A stretch of DNA of 64,000 nucleotides from the human T2T-CHM13v2.0 reference genome, Homo sapiens. The stretch lies in NCBI RefSeq assembly GCF_009914755.1, contig NC_060930.1; one strand, 5' to 3'. Made by a program: the position numbers and the translations under genes. Of this stretch, positions 25,531-38,512 are shown in pieces. The notes beneath the pieces are model-generated. The model was not told the origin of the DNA. It did not search any database and saw only the letters and a list, made by a program, of their open reading frames with translations. Each line of letters begins with the position of its first letter. Within the stretch, counting starts at the first letter, position 1.

Positions 25531-26879
25531 GTAAAAATCATTTCATAATTCTTAGGAATCTATTCAAAGGAGAAGACATTTTTTTCCACAGACTGTAAAA
25601 TCCTATAGTGGTATGTGTCAATGCTGTCAAACACAAAGATTTATTTCTGCTATTGAATTATGGATGGGAGCAATGAGTTCATGCACTTCATCCAAATGAT
25701 GCTTACTGAACGTCTACTTTGCGCCAGAGTCAGGTGGACAAATTTATTTGATTTAAAGAAGGCTAGGAATGAAAGAAACAAGGGGAGCCAGGAAAAGGTG
25801 GAGAGTTCAGAGAGAGACAAAACCACAAGCAGAAAACAAAGGTAGATTCAATCCAGAGACCCATCAGAGGTCAAAATATCAGCCTGTCAAAAATCAGAAG
25901 GGAAGAGTAAGGCCAAGCAGCTCCTGCATAAGACCCCAATCCAAATGGCACAATGAATTCAATCGCTCATCAATCACAGATCATTTTTTGGAGATAGAAG
26001 AGGGGTTATTAGACAACAGGAGAGGGACAATGAGCAAGGATTTTATTTTTTATATATTACACACCTGTTTTTCACTCACCTGTCTTTTCATGTGAAGGCT
26101 AGAAATAATGAAAAATAACTGTGTATGTTTTAAAATTCTTAACTTTTCTGATTATCACAATAACACTGAAAGGCCAACTGGAAAGTCCTTTCTACATCCA
26201 ATGCCTGTGCCCCACCTCCTTTCCCCCACCCAGCATTGATTTGTGCTATTTAAGAGCAGCTTCACGGAGAATTCAGGCCCATCCTATGATCTTATGAGCT
26301 GACCATAGACAAAGGAATGAAGAATAGTGGAGAAAGCCAGGGATCCCGGGACCCAGGACACACAGTGGACACAGTCAACTGCAGTGCCAAGCAAAATGGC
26401 CAAGATTGCTCCTTGCTCGGCATAAAAACCCCAAAGGATACTAAAAGCTTGGCAACCTTCAAAAGCTTCTCTTGCTTCCTGCATGGGGTGGGGGAAGCAG
26501 CTTGCTTAGTGGGAAAAACCATAGCCCAGGGTGAATCCGCTGGCTAGATTCATCAAAGAGATGGCTGAGACAGAACAGATTTTTCCTTTTCATATAGGAA
26601 TGACTCACGAGCTTGTTTATTCAAAAAGTTACATCCTCCATCAAAGAGAGGTGGTTTACTGGGAAGTGGGATGATAATAATAATTGACGTTTGTACTGGT
26701 CAGCCCACTCACACCTGTCCCTCGTGTCTCTGGGCACAGTTACACAAACACACCACCAATGATAAGAAGGTGGCCAGTATATCTTCTTTCATTCTTCCTT
26801 CATTCTGCCACACAAATAAAGCAAACAATACAGTGACCCTCCTTTATTTTACTCGTAGTCATTTTAGAAAGGGAATGTG

Positions 26880-27135
26880 CGTTATTGGTTCAAGATGAGG
26901 ACTGGAAGAAAGACTGCTTGGGTTCAAATTTTGACTCTGCAAATTGCAAACCGTGGGACCCTGAACAAGTGACTTAATTGTCCTGGGCCTCTGTTTCTCT
27001 GTCTGTAAAAGTGGGGATAATAATATTACTTATTTCATAAGGTTATTGTGAGGATTAAATTAGTTGGTACATGGAAAACAGTTCCCGGCACATTGTTAGT
27101 TCTCAGTAAATGTTTGACATTATCATTATTATTAC
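26880..27135 (+). mobile_element. MIR
   Basis: gggttcaaatt...gggcctctgtttctctgtctgtaaaagtggggataataa...ttgtgaggattaaat. Confidence 0.85.
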
Positions 27136-27917
27136 TTCACAGATGGTTAAATGTTCTTCCATTATGGATCTTCTTTTATTCACTATTATCTTAAGAGGTT
27201 CAAATTAAACCATAAATGTAATTAGGTCTTTGGGGGAAAATATAATTGTCCTATGAAAAACATTTTCTTCTCAGGCTAGGGAGATATTCTGGAACTTTTG
27301 AAAACTCTCCTTTAAATAAGAAGATTTTATAAGTATGGCTGTGTGTTTCTGTATATCTAAGGAATCATCTTTTTTATAACGTGTATACTGGAAGATAGGT
27401 CTAGACAAACAGATGAATAGATACATAGATAGGTATTTTTCTATTTTATTAACCTACTTCTCGGCAATTTTCAAAACTCATAGCAACCGAAGAGCTTGTC
27501 ATTTTTCCTCAGTCCTGTATTTCAAAATTCCCAAAGGCAAACCATCAGAATGCATTAATAAATTGTTGTCTTCCATACCCTCTGTGTCTTTCAAACTTAA
27601 GGATACTAGAACCTGTAAATCCATTCTCTGACACATGAAGAAAATTAACCAGTTAGTGGATTATTTTAACTCCTTTCAGCATGACAATTACTTATTCCAC
27701 TTTTAATGAAGATATGCTAGGTTAATTTTGGGGGGATTTCACTGGTCTATGAAATTGTTCTCCTACATTAACCCCCCCAAAAAGAGGAAGAATGAAACAA
27801 CATAAGTGCCTACTTATTTCCAAACTCTTTACTGTGTTGTACAATATAAATGAAACATAATCAGATCTGGCTGGGTTCAGCCTGTCTGTGATTCATCTCT
27901 TGGGTAGTTTTACTCAC

Positions 27918-28046
27918 TGGGTAAAATGAGAACGTCATCCCCAGGGCCTGGAATGGTATTGTTGTATCCTCCCCAGCCTTCTTCAACACCTTGCCATGTT
28001 TCAGGGAGGGACCATTTTAAAGCTGATTCAGGGGCAGAGGTAGAAG
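27918..28046 (-). CDS. PKHD1: PKHD1 exon 52 (129 nt, phase 1 to 1), entry into the second G8 domain: (A)[42 protein letters not shown](N)
   Basis: ttttttattttctag|CTTCTACC...TTTTACCCA|gtgagt; W-x-x-P-x-T-W...P-x-x-G-D-D-V-x-I is the typical G8 N-terminal motif. Confidence 0.97.
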
Positions 28047-29089
28047 CTAGAAAATAAAAAAAAATTTTGAAAATCTAATCCATTGTGATAACTTCCAAAT
28101 TCTATCCTTATTTTAGGATGCTAGTGGTATTTTCACCTCCCAAAGAAGCTGCCTATCAATATTTTATAAGTTTCTGTACAAATATTTATCAGTTAAAAAG
28201 CAAGTAATTATTCAATCCTTAGATTACCTTCACTTCTGAAAAAAATCCCACTTTTGTTATTATACATCTGTTTTGCCTTATAATAAATATGGCATGCTTA
28301 TCATGAAATATTTAAAAAATGCAAATAAGAAAGGTAATAATTGCCCATAATCTCACTACCTTGCAATAACTACCTTTTATTTCTGTTTCCTTCCAGAATT
28401 TCTCAGAATTTTTACATAATTGAGATTATATCAAATCCTGTTCTTATTTTTTACACCCAGTTCTACTTTTGCTTAGCTTAGCCTATTTTCCTATGCATTT
28501 TATAATATTATTTAAATGCCTTGTAAACATAATTTTAGTGGCTACATATCATATTTTAAAAATCCATAATTAATTCCTAATGTCTGACATTGAGACTCTT
28601 TCTATTCTCTGTTAAATTGTAAATAATGCAGTGTTAACTGTCTCTATGCAAATTTCTCAATAACCCTGATTATCTTCTTCAAATACATTCCTCAATGGAA
28701 TGACTGAGTCAAAGGTGATGTTCTTCCCACAGCTCTCCCTACACATTAAAGGCGGGGTAATAATCTAAAAACTTCTCAGGGTGGTAACTTACAGACAGAT
28801 CATACCTTCCAACCAGTTTCTATTGATTCTGCCTTTGATCGTCAAACGGCATTTTCTTTTCAACCATTCTGCTAGTATCTCATCGCATAATTGAAATGTA
28901 AATCTAATAATTTCCAATGGGGACTGTCCAATAGCACATCACGCACAACACCATGCTGAACCATATCTACTTGTTCTTTCCTGGGATGTGATTACTGGTA
29001 CAGAGTTAGAAGGGAAGAGAGATTGTCTCAAAAGGGTAGAATGAAAAGGCCTCCTCTTTTGAGGGGAGGGAGGGAATCATGTCCATGAT

Positions 29090-30930
29090 TTGCTAATTTT
29101 ACAACATAAATAGTGAGCACCTTCTCTATTAGAACTGCCCTTAAAAAGTAGGGATACAAAAAGAAATAACATGTCACCCTTGCCTCCAAGGAGCTGATAG
29201 TGTTATATCAGTATTAGGAGGATAAAAACTCTACACAGGCACTGAGGGGAGTTCTTTTTAATGGTACCTGATCACGAAAGGAAGCAAGATTTTGCCAGGA
29301 GAAGCTTCCCGAGGGAAGTAGTAACTCAGCTGCATTTTAAAGCCTTAGAAGTTATTCAGGTAAAGGGGAGGTTGTGATGAGTGTATGACAAGAGGGTTGC
29401 ACTGCAGACAGAAGGATGAGCATGAGCCGAGGCAAAAATTGGGAAGTCAAGTGGAGGAATGATAAGAAATTTGGTGTTGCTGAACCACAGAGCTAGAAGA
29501 GAGGTAAGTGACAAGGTTGGTAAAATAAACAGAGGCCAGAGTATGAAAGATAATAAAGGTGGAGGGTCCAGAGACTTCCAGCACATTAAGACAGAAGTGG
29601 ATGAATAGTTTGTGCCATAGGGCATTCAGGGTATCTCTGTGGTCTCCAGATGGAGCTATACAGCAAGCAGTGGAAAAATATGAATTGGAAAGATGGGAAG
29701 AGCTCTGAGCCCAGAGATGAATTTGGCATCATCGGCCTAGAAGCTGTATTTGAAACTCTGAGGGTGGTTGTAATAGCTCCAGAGGATTTCAAGGTGACAA
29801 GGGAAAATACCTGATATCAGAAACATGAGGAACACTTAGTTATTTTTTCTACCAGACCCAATTCCTCAGTAGTCATGGTTTAATTAGAGACCCAGGATAA
29901 CCTAAAAGTATATAGATTGTGGTCAAGCAAAAACCATAGGCAACTTAATTAGTACAAAATATACCACACACCTTGGGAATAAGGCAATGTCTTGGAATAA
30001 GCATCACTCAGTAAGAGGCTTTATAAATATTTCATAAACTCCAATACTGTAATACCTTTCTAAGTTTTTTCCCAATGTTGCCTGCTTCCCAACATTAGAC
30101 CCAAAATACTCAGCTGGGGGTAGAGTAAGGGGTATTTGTCAGGGTGACCCCTAGCTTGCCCCACAAAGTCCAGATAAAATGTCTCTGATGCCTCATTTCC
30201 AGTGATATTTCAAACAAGCAATGATTGTTCTCTAAAACCTCACGCCAAGCTTCAGGAATCTTTAGTTACTCCAATTTTATATCACAGATGATGGAAACAA
30301 ACATTCTGTACTTTTTTCACCTTTACTCTTGCTTATAAGAGGGCTGACACAGTCTTTAGTTGGACAAATTAGGCCTTAAGGTAGCTATTCTAATGAAGGA
30401 ATGTTATTATGTACAAATTTAATTATTCTATACCATCCTGCTTAAGATAAGAACACTAAGGGATAAGAAAACATGTTTCAGTCTCCTGTCAGAGTTATCA
30501 GATTTCTATACAACTAATATCAGGGTTCTATATGACTATTATTGACAATCAAATTTGTGGAGAGAAAAAGAAGCCTACAAGAGTTAAAGAAGCAGCAGTC
30601 AGAGATCTACTGGGAGAATCAGAAGAGAGGAAGGTCTTGGAATCCTAAGTAATACAGCATCTCCAGAGAGCACAAGTGACCTTGTTAATAGTAGAGTTCT
30701 GGTAAGAGAGAGAATTAGAAGTCACTGTTAAACTTAGCAATCAAGGCATGGGTGATCCAGATGACAGTGGTCCCAGTTGAGTGGTTGAGACAGAAACCAT
30801 ATTACAGTGGATTGAGGAATGCACTGGAGGTAAGGAAGGAAAGATGTTGGGTCAGACCATCCAAAAAGCTCACTGAGGAATGGACAGTCTTAAGAGTTGA
30901 GAACCACAGCCTTTGATCTGTCTTCTGAAG
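29090..30930 (-). mobile_element. Fragmented L2 (about 29090-29810 and 30570-30930)
   Basis: ccttgcctccaaggagctgatagt, gaggccagagtatgaaag, gacagaaaccatattacagtggattgagga motifs. Confidence 0.6.
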
Positions 30931-31929
30931 CTTTAGATAAATTAGACTAGTTTCAAAACTGGAGCCCATGAATTTTGGTCTGGACCAACACTCCTGATGA
31001 GGCCTCTCCTTGCTTCCCTGTACAAATTTGTCCCTCAACAAGCACTTAAGATTTTAGGTAGTCTCAAGTCTAATACATGAGCCAAATGTTGGCCTCCACA
31101 CCTTTGCTCTTCATCAACCCAGGTTTTCATGGCTCTGCATGAAGAGGAGGCTAGGCTTTTGAGAAGTTTGCAGGACAGCTGTCTGCTAAAGGAAAATTCA
31201 GTATCCACAAATTTGTTTTGTTTTTAAATGGGAGGCACTGAACAGAAGAAGCCAGTAAGGAAAGAAAGGTTAACTACACGAGACAATGAGTTGTTCGCTG
31301 ATGGGGGAAAGTGTGGAAGATGCAGGAAGGGATGAGTTAACTTTGAACAAGACTAGGGCTGCCTGATTCTCAGAGATCAAAGAAAGCGACAAAAACTTAG
31401 GTCTGTGGGAAAATTTAGGAAAAGAATACCCGATGATCTGGATGTTCTTATATGACCATGGACAATATGTGCACTTAGTACGGGTACATATTACATACTC
31501 ATATCGGTTAACACATAGATAGATGGTTAACTCATTCAAACATTGGATTGACCCATTCAAACAATGGAATGAATGAGTTAACACAGATAGATGTGTTAAC
31601 TCATTCATTCATTCATTCTTAGTTTTGGCAAAAACGATATTGCAATAATTTTACTGTTTTACATAGAGCTACTCATTAAACAAAATACATTACCATATTT
31701 AAATTTTGGCACTAGCACAGATACTACATACATGAGAATCAGGCAATGTCTTGAAAGTATGTTATTTAAAATTTCCTCCTGATGAAGGATATTGTACTAA
31801 ATCTGTAACTCTTTGTGTTTTGAAATAGTTTTCTGTTCCCAACTATATGAGGTAGGAAAACTGGCTAGATTTTAATATAACTCATAAATTAATCTATGCT
31901 CAATAAGGCAATTTAAACACATTAGAGGC

Positions 31930-32110
31930 TACATTGTATAGCACAAGGAACACTGGGCTGAGTTGAGACATCTGAGTTCCTATCTAGGCTCATATGACTG
32001 ACTACTGATATGACTAAGTTTAATATCTGGGCTTCACATCCCCATTTGTAAAATGAGGCAACTGGATAGGATAGCCTGCAAGGTCTCCACCTTTGTTAAA
32101 ACCCACAACT
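31930..32110 (+). mobile_element. MIR (MIR3-like)
   Basis: tctgggcttcacatccccatttgtaaaatgagg core. Confidence 0.65.
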
Positions 32111-33460
32111 CTATGAAGTATGGGCTTTCTATTTCTCAGCAGTTGTAATTGACAGTTGTAATGCAAGCATCTCCAGTTAAACTGACCCCTTCTAAAAAGC
32201 TCTGAATGTTCCTTCCAGAGAATCCTTAGTACAGAAATCATCATACTACATGCTGAGTGACATGCCACCCTGACTACAGATGGTTGAACCAAGAATGGCC
32301 ATTCATAGATGGTCCAGTATCCACAGAAGGGGGCCTGGCATGAGAGCTTCCCCAACAGGTGTGTCCTCTACAGAATAGGCACTGACACAGCAAATCAAAT
32401 CTCTCCTTGGAGAATTTGAACATAGAAACTTTCAAAGAAGAGAAAACTATCCTTTTCCTTATAACAGTAATTTTTAAACAACTGTATTAATTGATTACTT
32501 AGTAGTTTGACTGACATCCCCAAGAGATCATAAGACCCCATAAAGTCAAAGTTCATTCCATCTTGCTCATCATGGTATCCCCCACACCTTGCATAAAAGG
32601 CACTCAATAAACAAGGCATTTTGAACCACCTAAAGGCAAAGAGAGATGAAGGACAAGGAACATAAAAAACAAAGTGTGGTGGCAGCTCAGAAAACATTCT
32701 GAAAACAATCTTGAATCACATTCTTCATAGTCCAATAAGCATGGAGTAGTAACCTTCAGGATTATCATTTATAGTTTTAGTCCAGTCCTCTTACCTCATT
32801 TACCTATTAATTTAAACAGAGGAATTAGATCATTTTCTGATTAGCATGGGCTCTGCTCTGACATAGCACAAAAATGCCACTGAAAATTAAAAGAAATCTC
32901 TGCGTTTGAAAAGATTTATTCCTCTTGCAAATGTATAGTTAAATTGACTCAGAATAAACAAAAACAAACAATGAAATACATCAGAAGGTGCTTAGGAGAC
33001 ATTTAGTTTTTGAGAATTTGGCTTTTTGAGTTAGAAAGATTTCATAGAACCATCTGACTTTTGAGGAGGGTTTGTTTACCCTGATTTCCTGAAATTACCA
33101 GGAACAATTAAAGTTTAGAGATACCCTGAATTTTTCTTTCCATTTGGAGGGGGCCTAATAGCCCATCTGCAGATCTGGAGTCCTATGTGCACATATGGTC
33201 CATAATTTATGAAATGTGCTTATTTACATGTTTCAATTCTTACTTTCATTGCTTTGAAAAATAAATCCACCTTTATATCCTTTTTTGACATGCAGATACA
33301 TATTTTAGTTACAGGGCAACACAATAGAGAGTTATCAGACATATAAGCTTTAGGACTGATACCTGCCTGTTTATTAACAGTATGACAAGGTGGAATTTGT
33401 AGAACTACTGGAGGACATTCTGCCATACTAGACACTTCTACTTCGTGTGTTAATACTCAC

Positions 33461-33526
33461 CTGAAATAGTTGGGGGCATACCTTCCTTCACCCGGAGAAT
33501 GACTTGAACTTGGCCTTCACCTGAAA
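33461..33526 (-). CDS. PKHD1: PKHD1 exon 51 (66 nt, phase 1 to 1): (V)[21 protein letters not shown](A)
   Basis: cttttggtatttag|TTTCAGGTGAAGGC...ACTATTTCAG|gtgagt; links exons 50 and 52 in frame. A second in-frame AG 6 nt inside (start 33520) makes the exact start slightly ambiguous from sequence alone. Confidence 0.93.
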
Positions 33527-34481
33527 CTAAATACCAAAAGCCACAACTTGCATGTGATACAAAGATCATCTTAATATTAAAGACAGTCACACGTGAGAAA
33601 AGAAGAATTTATGCTAAATTCTAGTTGCCTAAATTTTCAAAACAGAAAAATGAAATCCTTGTTAGTTAATCTAACAATTGATTTCCAACATTTGATTTTG
33701 ATTGCTTTCATTTGATTAAATGTAATTGCAATGAGGTCTCCAGGAGAACTGGCACATAAATAATTAGGAGAAACAAAAACAGAAACGAAACCTTTAGCCA
33801 TATGTTCTAAGGAAGCCAATGGTGTCCAGCAGGGCATATACCTCATATCCTATTTTCTCTTCATCATTTTGTAGGCTCAGCTTTTAGAATTCATGTGTTT
33901 TTCACCAATAGAGTTCAGATCATCCATGAAATGTATTTGGTTACCTTTATCCAAACAAATTGTCCTTTTAATGAAGCCTTTTCCCCACCCCCTATCCTCC
34001 TCCTATCATCCAAGCCAACTGAGCACATTTAAAAGGCCTGGGGTTCATTAATTTTAAGCGTTCAATAAATTAGTGGAAATAATCAAAAGGCCTGATTCTT
34101 TCTGATAATGACAATTTGATGTCAGGATAAACCAGTAGATTAAGCTGGGAACATATGCTCCTTTGCCAAGAGAGGCTGCTATAATTAAATAGTGAATGCA
34201 TCTACAAGGTGCTCTCACGCCTGATTAATTAGTAATCAGGTGCACAAACTCCATTTTTCAGTCACACCTTGTCTCTTATTGGTTAATTACCTTTCTGCCT
34301 TATTGTTTGTCACATGAGCCACACCTTCCACCACTGGAGCACCCCTTGTTGCTGAAGGCTGCAGCCTTGGGGACTCGGCCAAATTCACATTCTCCACTTT
34401 TGTTTTCCTGGAACCCTAAACCCTTTCCTCCATCAGATGAAATAAACACAGGATCATTCTTTCTAAATATAAAACATAAGC

Positions 34482-34790
34482 AGCCAGGCGCTGTGGCTCA
34501 TGCCTGTAATCCCAGCACTTTGGGAGGCTGAGGTGGGTGGATCACTTGAGGTCAGGAGTTCAAGACCAGCCTGGCCAACATGGTAAAACCCATCTCTACT
34601 AAAAACACAAAAACTAGCCATGCGTACTGGTGCACTCCTATAATCCCAGCTACTAGGGAAGCTGAGGCAGGAGAATTGCTTGAACCCTGCAGTGTGGAGG
34701 TTGCAGTGAGCCAAGATCACGCCACTGCACTCCAGCCTGGGTGACAGAGCAAGACTCTGTCTTGAAAAAACTAAAAAATGAAAAATAAAA
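34482..34790 (+). mobile_element. AluS (Sz-like), full length
   Basis: Dimeric Alu; TSD ataaaacataagc (34469-34481) and ataaaatataagc (34791-34803), one mismatch. Confidence 0.96.
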
Positions 34791-35774
34791 ATAAAATATA
34801 AGCCTCAGAATATTACAAAGAAAATGATCCCCAAAGAGATCCATGATGAGACCTCTTCAATTTCTCTAATCTTATTTTGGTCATTTTCTCTTTTTAAAAT
34901 TTTTCTAAGGATGTAAAGCATGAGTTTGTGTCTTTCTCCTTACACTGCCACATGTTGAGACCTGGTACAATGACAACATGCTCTTGACATGTTCTACCTT
35001 TATCACCACTTCCAAGACTTTGCTTAAATTGTTCCTTCACCCTGTTGCTTATTTCATACATCTTTCTAACTTAATACTAATAATAAAGCCACCAGTCAAG
35101 GTGTCATTTCCTTTTTTTAAAATAAGGTCTAACTCATCCACTTCTGTTCACGTTGATTTGTGCATTCTCTAAAGTTCAAAAGTACTTCTAAATCCATCCT
35201 GTGATATTCATCCCAAACTTGTTCTCAATTTAATAAATATTTATTAAGCACCAACTGATAATTTAAGATTACATCAATAATTAGCTTTGTCTTCAAATTT
35301 TTGAGAGAGAGATTTTTCTCATGCACCTTATGAGACCAGATATTGCTAGAAATGTAGATACTTCATTTTCATGGGCCAATTTAGAAATCCTAGGTTTAAT
35401 CTTGTATCTGTAGCTCTTTCCACTACACTGCACCAATGGCTTCTGGACTGAGTGGTGAATGATTTTCTTAAACCTCTACACACGCACAAATGGTCCCTAC
35501 CTCCAGGAGAACTCCCTACCAAAACAGACATTGCAAAACTAAAAAATATATTGAAAATCTGTTGCTCACTTCATTAACGTTGAGTGTGTGAATGCCAGTC
35601 AGTGAAGAGAAGTAGTTTCAGGATCAGAACAGATACAGAAAAGTTAACAAAAGCAGGAAAAATTAGAAGTCTGATTTCCTATACCACCATCTACATGCAT
35701 CTGGGGGCAGATGAGTATGAGACAGAGGGCTATCTCTTCCCAAACACCATTTCCTGGTCATGGTCATGACAATA

Positions 35775-36030
35775 GTGAATGGTGGGAAGAATGTGGGTGC
35801 TGGAGCCCAACAGCCTGAATCTGAATCCTGGCTCTTCTGGTTCCTAGACATGGGCCACTGACAAGTTATTTGCCATTTCTAAACCTTATTCATTTCATCT
35901 AAAAGTGGGAATAATCATACTATCTATCTCATATGGCTATTAGAAAGAAAAGATAGAATAGTCCATGGAACATGCTTAGCACAGTGCCTGGCACATCATG
36001 AACAATAAATGTTAACTATTATCAATACTG
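35775..36030 (+). mobile_element. MIR
   Basis: tgaatcctggctct...caagttattt...gcttagcacagtgcctggcaca...aataaatgttaactatt. Confidence 0.85.
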
Positions 36031-38419
36031 TCATTATGGCATGTTCATGATTCCAGGTGCCAGTCAACAAGGTTCAAGAAACATGCTTTTACTTTCTACT
36101 CTTTTTACAGCTGTATCTAATCATGATGAGCTGTAGTATTACAGAGTTGTAAGCAACTTAACCAGATCTGCTAAAGTTTGTTAAGTGTGTTGACTCTACA
36201 AAGAACTGTAAATGTGAAGTGTCATTTCCAATTTGAATAAATACAAAGAGGGATGAAAATCATTTGAGAATGAAGGTATTGACTTGGGAAGAGTTTAAAA
36301 GCCTTACACAAGCTGTGATATTGTACATATGTTTTCTCAGTGCTTATGATTTCTGATTTTGTATTTGTAATATGAGAATGGTTAATCTTCCGTGTTTATA
36401 AATGGAGCCCCATTGTAGTTGATCCTTCCCAGATTGTAAGAAGATCTGATGCTCAAAAAGACAAAAAAAAAGTCTTTGGGCCAATTATTGCCAACTTTTT
36501 CTGACGAGTGCTATGTGATCTAAACTTGCTATAAACACAGACATCTAGGGTGAAGAGGAAATGTGCTAAGAAAATGGCTCCTGGTAAGAGAAAAGAGAGT
36601 TACTAAAGTAGATGTGATACGAGGTCCTACCAGGTTAATGTGTTGTGTCTGAAGAACTCTATCCTCACTTAAGGCTCTAGGAAACAGAAAAATTAATTAA
36701 TTCTCTCCCTAACCAGGTCTAATTCTCTCTTGAAATTTTAGAGGGAGAAATAAGCACCCATTTATTTAAAAATAAAAAACACATGGAATCTTAGTAGGTT
36801 ATAGACTCCTTCCCTATTTCACTCTTTCATTCATATTCTCATTCTCACTTTGTCGTTTTAGTTTATGCACATATTAGGACCTCTCACTCAGGCCACATTT
36901 ATCTAGTGTGTCAGCCACTGACTAAACAGTGAAAGAACATAAAACAGCAACTGCAATCAGTGTCTGCAAATGTCATGCAGTCCCACCCTGACTCATGACT
37001 TCTCTTTCCGTCTCTGCCTGCCCTGGACCCAAGCCCCAGCTCTGTCTTCTTGTGCTGGCTGTTGGCTCTCTCTGCATTTTTACCTCTTACCTCCACAACC
37101 TCTCTGTTACCTCCTCTGTTGCCTCCACATCTTTTCCCTGTCCTAACTCACAAATCTGTACACTCCTTCTATTCCTCCTGTCCTGCTCAGTGAATTTGAC
37201 CTCATTCCTCAGAAGCTGACCTCTTTGGCTTAGCCACAGAGAAGGCTTGCTTGTCAGTTAGTCCTTGGCAGCTAAAGCTTGATTTACAGGACCACACTCC
37301 TGTCTGATTCCAGCCTCAGAGGCAGCCACGGAAGGCATCTTGGCCCTCATAAAACATGATCCTTTAAAGGCGTTCACAGAAATAGTATATGAAAATCCTG
37401 TGATTACCTTTGAGTCTTCTATTATCCCTGTATCATTCACTTATGAAACAGTGAATTTTGGGGGGGACAAAAGGAAAAGAACTTGATCAAGACACCAACA
37501 CATATATCTGCATTAGCCACAATCCTGAAAGTTAGCTCAATTAAACCTTCTTAATTAACTCAGAGAAGAATAACAATTGTTATTCTGACTCAGAGCAATG
37601 TTTTTCATACTTCTGTGGAGGTATTTGTGATTTCCCAGACCCTGCCACAGACCTACACAGCCTGAATCTCTCAGGAGGGTCCTGGGAATAAGCATTTCAG
37701 CTGTTTACACAGGAGGCAAAAAAACACAAATGTAAGGAACTAAACAAATTTTCTCATACTACACTCTTAAAATATTGTTTGTTCTCAGGAGCAGGTGTTC
37801 TTACCAAGTAAAGAGCGAGACCCAGATGGAAAAGATCCTTACTTCACAATTCGTACTTTTTATCAATTATACCAAACCCTTATAGACCAAATCATATTCC
37901 CAAGATGTTAAATGCACAATGGTTACTTTAGAGGCATAAAAAGTTTCATTTTAGCATCTATACATTGTAAAGTATTTTAGAAAAAAACAACTAACCCATT
38001 AAACCCATGATTTCATGGATATTATTAAGAAAAGTTAGGTTTTAAAAATAAGACAGTGTAGAAATTGATTTAAGAAAAATATTAAGTAAATAATCAGACA
38101 AGAGGTATAAGGATATGACACAATTATGAAAATGGTACTAAAATATCTAAAGTTCAGGAAGCACAGTGTTAACTAAGTATTGTTTTTTCTTATAAATTGA
38201 AAGAAGAAGAGTTGGTTTAAAAGGTTAGGTATATAAGCTCAGATTTAAAAAAAGAAAAGATGGTATACTAGAAAAAGCACTGAACCTAGAGTCAGAAAAG
38301 CTATTTGAATACTGGTTGCACCACCTATGACCTGTGTGAATTAAGGCTAGCAACTCAGCATTGCGGAGCATTAACTCCTTAACCTGAGTGATTCCTAAAA
38401 GATGTATTTGATTCTAAGT

Positions 38420-38512
38420 TTCCTTCCCTTTCCTTTCCTTTCTCCTCCTCTCCTCTTCTCTCCTCTCCTCTCCTTTCCTTCCTTTTCTCCTTCTCTTCCT
38501 GCCTTTTCCTTT
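38420..38512 (+). repeat. CT-rich low-complexity tract
   Basis: About 90 nt almost pure pyrimidine with TTCC/CTCCT units. Confidence 0.9.
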
